Shown piece by piece: positions 9,006-16,592 of a stretch of DNA of 64,000 bases. The stretch is from IMG/VR virus record IMGVR_UViG_3300022745_000029, positions 7,118-71,117 of that record; one strand, 5' to 3'. A program made the translations under genes and the position numbers. Under the pieces are notes generated by a model that saw only the letters and a program-made list of their open reading frames with translations, did not search any database and was not told the origin of the DNA. The stretch comes from a virus. Every line of letters begins with the position of its first letter. Within the stretch, counting starts at the first letter, position 1.

Positions 9006-9209
9006 TCAGCCCCCGATAAAGGCGTGGCTCAGGTCGCTGAACCAGTAGTTGCCGCGGTCGGGCGTTTTGTCGATGGTCCGCGAAACTTCGGCGTGCAGCG
9101 CGGTGCGGAACGCCCGGTGATACGGCTCCAGCACAGGGGCGATATCGACTACACCCAGCGGCTCAGCCAGACGCGAATCGGGGATGGGCATGTAAAGCGC
9201 ATGCTTCAT
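9006..9209 (-). CDS. hypothetical protein
   Basis: MKHALYMP... directly after start element 9207-9244. Confidence 0.65.
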   Translation of the reverse strand: MKHALYMPIPDSRLAEPLGVVDIAPVLEPYHRAFRTALHAEVSRTIDKTPDRGNYWFSDLSHAFIGG

Positions 9210-9244
9210 GTTGGACTCCAAAGGGATGCCCCAAGGTGGGCGGG

Positions 9245-9535
9245 TTACAGGTCAGCTGGTCTGACCATTAGGGAAGGCACCCACTCGTACACCGATTCGA
9301 AACCGAATCGAGCGTAGAGTCGGCGCAGTCTTTCGTGGTCGCCGGACTCGGCGACCGCGATAAGCCCGATTCGAACGTGGCCACAGTCGCGGACCAGGTC
9401 CGCTAGGGCTTGGCTCGCTTGCCCCGGGCCGTAGGAGCGCAGCGAGGTGACAACGACCCCGCCAACGCCTACCAGGTCGGCCAGGTCACTGACATCGTCG
9501 TCAGTAACGATGCGGGTTGCCAGTAGGGCTTTCAT
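9245..9535 (-). CDS. minimal GNAT-fold acetyltransferase
   Basis: GPGQASQAL...IGLIA...LRRLYARFGFE pattern of GNAT motifs A/B in 96 aa. Confidence 0.6.
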   Translation of the reverse strand: MKALLATRIVTDDDVSDLADLVGVGGVVVTSLRSYGPGQASQALADLVRDCGHVRIGLIAVAESGDHERLRRLYARFGFESVYEWVPSLMVRPADL

Positions 9536-9539
9536 GCTG

Positions 9540-10545
9540 GAATTCGAATCAAATCGGTTGCAACATACAACTCATGGAAACGGTCCGTCGGAAAAGTCGG
9601 GCATCAGAACCATGGTTCCTCCTGCAATGACTGGGGCTCTGACCATCAGAGCCCCCGTTATTGCACCCCCGACAACGTCAGAGCATTTCTGCACGACCGC
9701 TGGTCGTTGACGTTGTCGGGGTGCTCAGGTTTTAAACCTCTGCGGAAAGCTCCGCAGACAGGCCGGCCGTGCCGGGATTGCATAGAACGCGCCCTATGCG
9801 AGGGCGTTGGTAATTACGGTTGCCGGCCGGTTTTTGTCTACAGCTTTTGACGCCGCCTATCCTCAACGGGTGTACCTATCCCGGTCATGGCCGGTTCACA
9901 CGGGCGCCGCAGGTTGGCCCAGGGTTCAAGCCTAGGACTTACGTTTACGGCGCACGGCGTTGGATACTAGACACGCCACCCTTGTTTCTTTCGAGCGAGG
10001 GCGCTGCTACGGGTTGTCTCCCGTAGGTTTCCCGTCTTTCAGGGGACCCCCGGCTCCCGCGTTTATGGGGCAATGCTATCGCGCGCTGCTGAGCTGATCG
10101 TTCCCCGTCAACGAACTTGTCCACGCCACTGACCTGTCAATCTGCGTTGTTCAGGCGTAGCATGGGGTTCGCTGACGTTGTCGGGGCCGGGCTTTGCGGT
10201 CGGACATTGGTTCAGGCGAAATTAGAGGGATGCGACAACGGGTAGCCCATGGCGGGCCCACAGTAGTTGTCGTTGTCGGGTTTTTATGGGACGGCGCACA
10301 CCTTACCCGGCGAACCCGTCACGGGTTGCCACGATGAAAATGGGCTAAGCCGACTGCGGCAATTGACCAGGCAAAGCTCCGCCTTACTTGCGAACCCGTG
10401 GGTTGCAAGTGAAAGCGGAAAGAACCTAGGCCAGTCCGTGCAACCCGCTAGGGGTTGCGCGTCGGGTTAGTGGGCGATGCCACTAGATAGAGCACGGTGG
10501 ATGCTCTATCTGGTGGCATCCGCTTTTGTGCGGATGCTGCAGAGG
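9540..10545 (+). ncRNA. candidate ~1 kb structured non-coding RNA or ssDNA structure
   Basis: No convincing ORF; more than ten consecutive hairpins; G-T pairs form on the + strand. Confidence 0.35.
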
Positions 10546-10546
10546 G

Positions 10547-11155
10547 TTAAACAGTTTCGAGGGTCAGCTCCGTGCTGGTGGACTTCCGCTCCGCGCTGGT
10601 GGACTCCAGCTCCGCGTGGGCGGACTCCAGCTCCGCGTGGGCGGACTCCAGCTCCGTGCTGGTGGACTTCCGCTCCGCGCTGGTGGACTCCAGCTCCGCG
10701 TGGGCGGACTCCAGCTCCGTGCTGGTGGACTCCAGCTCCGTGCTGGTGGACTTCCGCTCCGCGCGGGCGGACTCATAGGCCAACCATTGGGCAATGGTCC
10801 GCCCCAGTGCGAGACGCTTGCCCTTGGCTGTTGTCCACAATTGGCCAACGTGCTGGAGCATGGCCATGGTAGTGGCCTTATCGGGGCTTTGGTTATCGGG
10901 AATGAAGTAACCGAAAGCCGTCAAGGCTTTGATATCTCCTTTTGTCAGGCTTGCGCGCACATCAGCCAGAAATGGGCGGAATTGCCCATTAGTCAGGGCT
11001 CGAAGATCTGCGCTCATGGCACCGGCCATGCGGGCTGCTTTGGGCGCGAAGGCTTGCGCCGTATGGCTATGGGCAATGAGGGTTTTACCTGCTTTGTTTG
11101 CCCACGTGATAGCGGCATGTTCAGCAGGTGCGTTGGTAGTGATCAGATTTTGCAT
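10547..11155 (-). CDS. first gene of early arm; protein with C-terminal heptad-repeat coiled coil
   Basis: 202 aa; TAGGAAAA RBS; ESTSTEL/ESAHAEL/ESTSAER repeats. Confidence 0.7.
   Translation of the reverse strand: MQNLITTNAPAEHAAITWANKAGKTLIAHSHTAQAFAPKAARMAGAMSADLRALTNGQFRPFLADVRASLTKGDIKALTAFGYFIPDNQSPDKATTMAMLQHVGQLWTTAKGKRLALGRTIAQWLAYESARAERKSTSTELESTSTELESAHAELESTSAERKSTSTELESAHAELESAHAELESTSAERKSTSTELTLETV
10565..10774. repeat. tandem repeat, 10 x 21 bp (VNTR)
   Basis: Units cagctccgtgctggtggactt / ccgctccgcgctggtggactc / cagctccgcgtgggcggactc in order ABCCABCA'AB'. Confidence 0.95.
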
Positions 11156-11388
11156 GGTGAAATTTTCCTAATGATTGCCCATGTTACTGCCATGCACCAA
11201 AATGGTGCACAGTATGCGCGCGCCCAGGGCGCTCGCAGTGTGGAGGATGAGGATCAGTAACATGAGCGATAGTGTGCCACAGCTATAATAACCAAGTAAA
11301 CCATAGGGATATAACTCCATGACGTATAGGGTTTTTATGGCGCGGGATGGCCGAGGCCCGTCCCAGCTCCCTTTTTAGCGGCGGAAAT

Positions 11389-11417
11389 TTTTCAAAACTT
11401 TTTAGTCGTGCTATACT
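11389..11417 (+). promoter_or_regulatory. sigma70 extended -10 promoter, probably leaderless transcript
   Basis: TGcTATACT at 11409-11417, 6 nt before ATG 11424; no Shine-Dalgarno. Confidence 0.55.
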
Positions 11418-11423
11418 ACTGCC

Positions 11424-11897
11424 ATGAAAAAAGACATTCTGAAAGCCGCCGTAGAGCAAGTCATATCCGGCGCCAAGTCTTCGTACCAAGCCAGCAAGGA
11501 CACGGGGATACCCCCGGCGACCCTATCCCGAGCTGTGCGGCTCCACCCCGACTACGAAAAGGCCAAGGCTGACGGCCGGCTGAGGTCGATGCGCTCCGAT
11601 CTGGTACCGCTGGACCCCGTAAAACTGCGTCAAATGCCGGAGTTGCAGGCCATCGTGGCGGAGTCCCTGAGCTACAACGAGGCTGCCCGGCGGTTCGGGA
11701 GCGAGGCCTCCAAGTGGCGCCGGTACACGATGGTCGCCTACCCCGACTACGCCAAGGCCCGCGAGAAGCCCAAGCGCCAGGACCCCGCCCAACAGGCCCT
11801 TGAAGACCGCCTGCGCGCCCTGGAAGAGGAGCTCCTTGCCCTCAAAATTCGCTCCGAAGAGGCCAAAAAAGCCCAAAATTCGAGCGAAAATCAGTGA
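11424..11897 (+). CDS. tandem helix-turn-helix DNA-binding protein (candidate repressor)
   Basis: HTH1 SSYQASKDTGIPPATLSRAV (Psq-like), HTH2 LSYNEAARRFGSEASKWRRY, C-terminal coiled coil. Confidence 0.7.
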   Translation: MKKDILKAAVEQVISGAKSSYQASKDTGIPPATLSRAVRLHPDYEKAKADGRLRSMRSDLVPLDPVKLRQMPELQAIVAESLSYNEAARRFGSEASKWRRYTMVAYPDYAKAREKPKRQDPAQQALEDRLRALEEELLALKIRSEEAKKAQNSSENQ

Positions 11898-11931
11898 AAT
11901 TGACCCAAAAAGCGCAAAACTTCCGTGGATA

Positions 11932-11960
11932 TTGACCAAAACGGCTGAAAAGCCGAGTAT
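11932..11960 (+). promoter_or_regulatory. late-promoter motif copy 1
   Basis: TTGACC-N17-GAGTAT before HNH gene. Confidence 0.55.
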
Positions 11961-12005
11961 TCGGGGCAGAACAACTAGAGCCGCACCAATCGGCCGTCTG
12001 TCTCG

Positions 12006-12572
12006 ATGGGAGAGCCAACACGGGTGTGCCGCGGCTGCGGCGCTGCCCGGCCGATGACCCAATTCAGGGTCAGTGGCCAGCGGATCCGCACGGAATGCAA
12101 GGCCTGTGAGAGTGCTAGGCGCAAGCGACGGTACGAGCTGCGCTTGAAGGCCGACCCCGAGGCCATCAAGAGGGGCTGGAACCGCGCAGCCAAGCGGTAC
12201 AAGGCCCGCCACCCCGAGCGGCGCAGGGAAATCTCCCGCCGGCACTACCGCAAGCTGGTGTCGACCGACGAGGGCCGCGCCAAGGTGAACTCCCGGGCCG
12301 CGCCCGGCCGGCGCAACAAGACCCCGTGGTGCACCTGGCCCGAGATCTGGGCCATCTACCGGGAGGCCAAGCGCTTGACCAAGGAGACGGGGCGCAAACA
12401 CGTGGTCGACCATTACGTGCCTGTAACCCACCCGCTTGTGGCAGGCTTGCATACGCCCGCCAATCTCCGTGTCATCCCCGAAGACGAGAACCTCTCGAAG
12501 TCGAACAAAATTCCCGCCGAACTTGCCCACCTCTTCTGGGACCTGCCCGAACACCTGACCTACCCGGGTTGA
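12006..12572 (+). CDS. HNH endonuclease
   Basis: CxxC...CxxC N-terminus; VDHYVPV...GLHTPANLRVI...N.SKSNK. Confidence 0.85.
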   Translation: MGEPTRVCRGCGAARPMTQFRVSGQRIRTECKACESARRKRRYELRLKADPEAIKRGWNRAAKRYKARHPERRREISRRHYRKLVSTDEGRAKVNSRAAPGRRNKTPWCTWPEIWAIYREAKRLTKETGRKHVVDHYVPVTHPLVAGLHTPANLRVIPEDENLSKSNKIPAELAHLFWDLPEHLTYPG

Positions 12573-12598
12573 CTTTTAGCCCCCGCCAGGCTGAGTTT
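12569..12598 (+). promoter_or_regulatory. late-promoter motif copy 2
   Basis: CCGGG-TTGACT-N18-GAGTTT. Confidence 0.6.
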
Positions 12599-12608
12599 CC
12601 CAGAGGCC

Positions 12609-13067
12609 ATGAGCCTCGTCCCACCCGCAACCCCGCCCTCAATCCCCTCAGAACTGCCCCGCCGCGCCCTGGGGTCGAACCGCCCCACGCCCACCGCCGA
12701 GAACATCGTCCTCGAAGGGATGGCCGTGGCCGACCTCCTGAGCCTGCGCGCGCGGGTGGACGCTCTGCTGCCGGCCAGGGCGCTGAAAGATCTCGACATA
12801 GAGAGCGAGCTTGTCCTCCAGCTTGCCGCCGCCCAGCAGCTGCAGAACGAGGTGCTGCAAAGCGACGAGGTGCCCGCCAACCAACAAGCCCAGGTGCTCA
12901 ACTCTGTCAGCTCTGTGATCGGCCAGATCGTGAAGATGCAGCAGGACCTGTACACCACCGAACGCCTGAAAAAGGTGGAGCGCGTGCTGATCGACGTGCT
13001 GCAGACCCTGCCCCAGGAGACGGTGGCGGAGTTCATGAACGCGTACGAGACCGCCCTCTCGCGTTGA
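12609..13067 (+). CDS. putative terminase small subunit
   Basis: Helical 152 aa protein upstream of TerL; assignment by position only. Confidence 0.45.
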   Translation: MSLVPPATPPSIPSELPRRALGSNRPTPTAENIVLEGMAVADLLSLRARVDALLPARALKDLDIESELVLQLAAAQQLQNEVLQSDEVPANQQAQVLNSVSSVIGQIVKMQQDLYTTERLKKVERVLIDVLQTLPQETVAEFMNAYETALSR

Positions 13068-13092
13068 CAACCTTCATGAGTTTGCTGAGTAT
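13064..13092 (+). promoter_or_regulatory. late-promoter motif copy 3
   Basis: TTGACA-N17-GAGTAT upstream of terL. Confidence 0.55.
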
Positions 13093-13228
13093 GGTCCCAG
13101 CCCTTGGCAGGGTATACGGAATCAACCCCGGTCGGACGTCTGCGCTTATTCCGGCGTCTGCCAACGCGATCAACGATCGTGAGACGTCCGACCAGGGTTG
13201 TGTATCGGAGAAGATCGTGCAAAACGAC

Positions 13229-13363
13229 CCCGCCAACCTACGCGTGGTGCCTGCTCGCCTCAATCAGGCCAAGCTCAACAAGATTCCCGACTTCGTCCTC
13301 CACGAGATGTGGGGCATCCCCGAGAAGCACGTCTTCAGGGAGGCCGAGTGGACAACGCACTGA
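13229..13363 (+). pseudogene. HNH endonuclease remnant (C-terminus only)
   Basis: PANLRVVPARLNQAKLNKIPDFVLHEMWGIPEKH parallels the C-terminus of 12006..12572 but lacks the DH motif. Confidence 0.65.
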
Positions 13364-15033
13364 CCCAGCACCTGGGGCGTCTGCGTACGACCCTGCTGAA
13401 CCGCACGACCCGCGCGGACCTGCTTGAGTTCGTCTGCAAGAACACCTACCTGAACGGCAAGCCGTTCAGCACCAAGGGGCACGAGTACCAAGAGCGGATT
13501 TTATCCGACGTATCACAAGAAATTGTCATTGTCAAGCCCAGCCAAATTGGACTGAGTGAGCTGAGCCTGAGGATAGCCCTGGGACTTGTGAACATGATCC
13601 CCAACTTCAGTCTCATTTACACGCTGCCCACTGCAACGATGGCCAGCCTGTACACAAAGACGCGGCTGGATCCGATCATCAATGGGTCCCCGGTGCTGCG
13701 GGAAGCGGTGAGGGGCGAGCTCGACAGCTCTGAGGCCAAGCAGCTTGGCCCAAACAACTTCCTCTACGTGCGCGGCGCGGCCGTGGGCAACAGCGCCATT
13801 GGCTACCCGGCGGACTGCGTCATCAACGACGAAGTGGATTTCTCAGACCCCAACATCCTTGAAATGCTGGGGTCGCGGATGACTCACAGCCCGTACAGGT
13901 GGGGCATCAAGTTGTCGACCCCTACGACGGAAGGGGGGCCGATCGATGCGGCGTTTCAGGAGTCCCGGCAGCACTACAACATGGTGCGTTGCGAGCACTG
14001 CAACCACGTGTTCTTCCCGAACTACTGGGACCACGTGAAGATCCCTGGGTACACCGGGGAATTGCGGGACATCACGAAGGAGACCCTCACGCGTATCCGC
14101 TACCAGGAGGCGGCGCTGCGTTGCCCGCACTGCGACAAGGTGCCAAGCCTGCTGCCCGCGCACCGGGAGTGGGTCATCAGCAACCCCAACAAGGCGTACA
14201 TTGCAGCGGGCTACAAACTTACGCCGTTTGATGCGCCTACCTTCATTTCGACGCCCAGCCTGGTTGCGGTGTCTACGAAGTATCAGCGCCTTTCGCAGTT
14301 CAAGAACTTCCACTTGGGTGAGACCGCGTCGGACGCGGAAAGCGGTGTGCAACCAGAGGACATAGACCGGGCTGCCCTGACACTGGAAAAGTCCCCGTTC
14401 ACGTCTCACGTCATCGGCATCGACTTGGGCCTCACCTGCCACTTCATCGTGGCCGGCATGACGCCCACGGGCGGCATGGTGGTGGTGCATATGGAGCGGG
14501 TGCCGCTGGCCAGGTTCCGGGAGCGCTACGCCCAGCTCGCGCAGGAGTACCGGGCGTCCATCAAGGTGTCGGACCTGCAGCCCTACACGGACCTGATCCT
14601 GTCCATGTCGGACGTGGACGCCAACCTGTACGGGGCCACCTACGTCACGCGCCAGGGCATGGACGTGTACACCGTGCACCAGCGCGACGCGGATGTGAAC
14701 AACGCGCTGGCCGGCGTGCGCCAGGTGAGCATTGCCCGCAACCAGCTGTTCGACCGCCTGCTCGCAGACCTGCGCGGGGGCAGCCTGCAGCTCCGCAAGA
14801 CGGCCGACTGGGACATCCTCAAGGCGCACGCCTGCGACATGAAGCGCGCGAGCGCAACGCTCCGCAACGGCGAGTTCACCTCCATGTGGCAGAAGTCGGC
14901 CAAGGGCCATGACCACTATTGGCACGCTGTGGCGTACGCCTGGGTGGCCAACCAGATGCGGGGTCTCACGGTAGGCGCCTTCATGGTCGGCCTGCCTGCC
15001 ATCAGCAAGTTCACGGTCAGGCACCGGGGTTGA
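13348..15033 (+). CDS. terL: terminase large subunit (lambda gpA-like)
   Basis: IVKPSQIGLSE Walker A, VINDEVD Walker B, LSTPT, CEHC/CPHC zinc finger, GIDLG nuclease, DHYWHA; GTG start after GGGAGG. Confidence 0.9.
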   Translation: MDNALTQHLGRLRTTLLNRTTRADLLEFVCKNTYLNGKPFSTKGHEYQERILSDVSQEIVIVKPSQIGLSELSLRIALGLVNMIPNFSLIYTLPTATMASLYTKTRLDPIINGSPVLREAVRGELDSSEAKQLGPNNFLYVRGAAVGNSAIGYPADCVINDEVDFSDPNILEMLGSRMTHSPYRWGIKLSTPTTEGGPIDAAFQESRQHYNMVRCEHCNHVFFPNYWDHVKIPGYTGELRDITKETLTRIRYQEAALRCPHCDKVPSLLPAHREWVISNPNKAYIAAGYKLTPFDAPTFISTPSLVAVSTKYQRLSQFKNFHLGETASDAESGVQPEDIDRAALTLEKSPFTSHVIGIDLGLTCHFIVAGMTPTGGMVVVHMERVPLARFRERYAQLAQEYRASIKVSDLQPYTDLILSMSDVDANLYGATYVTRQGMDVYTVHQRDADVNNALAGVRQVSIARNQLFDRLLADLRGGSLQLRKTADWDILKAHACDMKRASATLRNGEFTSMWQKSAKGHDHYWHAVAYAWVANQMRGLTVGAFMVGLPAISKFTVRHRG

Positions 15034-15059
15034 CTTTTCTCCAGCCACGACCCGAGTCT
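15030..15059 (+). promoter_or_regulatory. late-promoter motif copy 4
   Basis: CCGGGG-TTGACT-N18-GAGTCT, 6 nt before portal ATG. Confidence 0.6.
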
Positions 15060-15065
15060 GGCCGG

Positions 15066-16592
15066 ATGAAGAACCCTTTCAAGGCCCTGCTGAGCATGTT
15101 TTCTGGCTCGCCCGAGAAATCGGCGGGCAGCGCCCTTGCACCCATTGTGGACCCGAAGGTCAAGGGCGGGATGCAGACGCAGCCGTCGTACAGCAAGCGC
15201 ACGGCCACCACCACGGGAGACCAGCGCCTGGCGGCGACCGACCGGCGTACGGCCAACCTGGACATCACCACGCTGCGCAACGGGATCTCGACCAAGTCGA
15301 CGATTCACGACCTCGCGGCCGTCAGCCCCGACCTGAGCGCGTCCGTCTGGGCGTATGTGCGCCTGGTGGTCACGCGCAACTTCACCGCAGTGGCGCGCAA
15401 CCAGGATGGCACGGCCAACCCGGAGGCGACAGCGGCGCTGCAGCAGCTGATCGCGCGGTTCAACCGCATGACGGATTACACCGACGGCTTCAGTGGAATG
15501 AGCTCACTGCACTCGGCGGCGGAAGTTTTGGTCAAAGAGCTTCGCCTGTACGGTGCGTGCGCCATGGAGCTTGTGCTTGACAAGGCGCGCATGCCCAACC
15601 GGTTTGCGCCCATCTCGACCACGCAGATTTTCTATTTCGACGACGGCACCGGCTACACGTACCCAGTGCAGCGGATCAACGGGCAAGACATCAACCTGGA
15701 CATTCCCACGTTCTTCGTGGAGGTGCTCGACCAGGACCTGCTGACGGCCTACTCAGACTCCCCCATGGAGGCGGCCCTGCAGGCGGTCATCTCGGACGCG
15801 GAGTTCACCAACGACGTACGGCGCGTCATCAAGCGTGCGCTGCACCCGCGCCTTGACGTCAAGATCGACTACGAGAAGTACCGTGCGACCGTGCCCATGG
15901 AGGTACAGGTTGACCAGGACGCGGCTCGCGCTCATTACGAGACGTTCGTGGCAGGTATCCAGGACACGGTCAACAACCTCGAGCCAAGTGACGCGCTTGT
16001 GCATATCTCAGCCATTGAGGTGGACTACCTCAATAACGGCAATGTCACCCTCAATAAGGAATACGACACCCTTCAGAGCTTCATCAACGCCAAGGTGGCC
16101 ACGGGCACCAAGGCGCCCCCGGCGGTGCTTGGCCACGGGGCCGGCAGCCAGAACATCGCGTCCACCGAGACCATGCTGTTCCTGCGCTACTGCGAGGGCG
16201 TGCAGAACAAGATCAACTCGATGTTCTCGCGCGCCTTCACCTTGGGCGTGCGCCTCATGGGCTACGACGTCTACGTCGACTTCGAGTTCGACCGCATCGA
16301 CTTGCGGCCGGACGCCGAACTCGAGGCTTTCCGCTCGATGAAGCAGTCACGCATCCTGGAGCAGCTGTCCTACGGCTTCATCAGCGACGAGGAAGCGTCC
16401 ATCCAGATGACAGGGCGCTTGCCCCCGGCGGGCGCGCCGAAGCTGAGCGGAACCATGTTCCTGCTGAACAAGCCCGCGGCGCCCAACGCCCAGCCCTACA
16501 GCAATACCTCGCAGGGCAACGGCGGCCCGCAGGACCAGAAGACCAACACACCAGAGCAGCCCAAGGGCGCTCCCATCCAGAGGGTCAAATGA
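15066..16592 (+). CDS. portal protein
   Basis: About 508 aa gene between TerL and head protease; synteny. Confidence 0.8.
   Translation: MKNPFKALLSMFSGSPEKSAGSALAPIVDPKVKGGMQTQPSYSKRTATTTGDQRLAATDRRTANLDITTLRNGISTKSTIHDLAAVSPDLSASVWAYVRLVVTRNFTAVARNQDGTANPEATAALQQLIARFNRMTDYTDGFSGMSSLHSAAEVLVKELRLYGACAMELVLDKARMPNRFAPISTTQIFYFDDGTGYTYPVQRINGQDINLDIPTFFVEVLDQDLLTAYSDSPMEAALQAVISDAEFTNDVRRVIKRALHPRLDVKIDYEKYRATVPMEVQVDQDAARAHYETFVAGIQDTVNNLEPSDALVHISAIEVDYLNNGNVTLNKEYDTLQSFINAKVATGTKAPPAVLGHGAGSQNIASTETMLFLRYCEGVQNKINSMFSRAFTLGVRLMGYDVYVDFEFDRIDLRPDAELEAFRSMKQSRILEQLSYGFISDEEASIQMTGRLPPAGAPKLSGTMFLLNKPAAPNAQPYSNTSQGNGGPQDQKTNTPEQPKGAPIQRVK

Larger units (their letters stand above)
155..9244 (-). 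repeat. dispersed start-associated element (short hairpin + TTGGAGTCCAAC + start codon)
   Basis: Copies at 155-192, 570-605, 5549-5587, 6940-6979, 7457-7501, 9207-9244; core only at 8311-8324 and 8394-8407; degenerate before starts at 797, 1738 and 8122. Confidence 0.85.

Noticed and set aside
155-9244. Integron attC cassette array
   Set aside because: Elements are ~35-45 bp, lack the closing GTTRRRY box and long imperfect palindrome, and the integrase is an attP-linked phage type
7536-10281. Mini-CRISPR array formed by the 14-mers
   Set aside because: Repeat too short, spacing irregular, both orientations present
10565-10774. CRISPR array
   Set aside because: Units are directly adjacent with no unique spacers, encode an in-frame heptad repeat, and no cas genes are present
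13100-13222. Inverted homing-endonuclease fragment (GRLTIVDRVG on - strand)
   Set aside because: Similarity is only a few residues with no downstream Cys motif; could be chance
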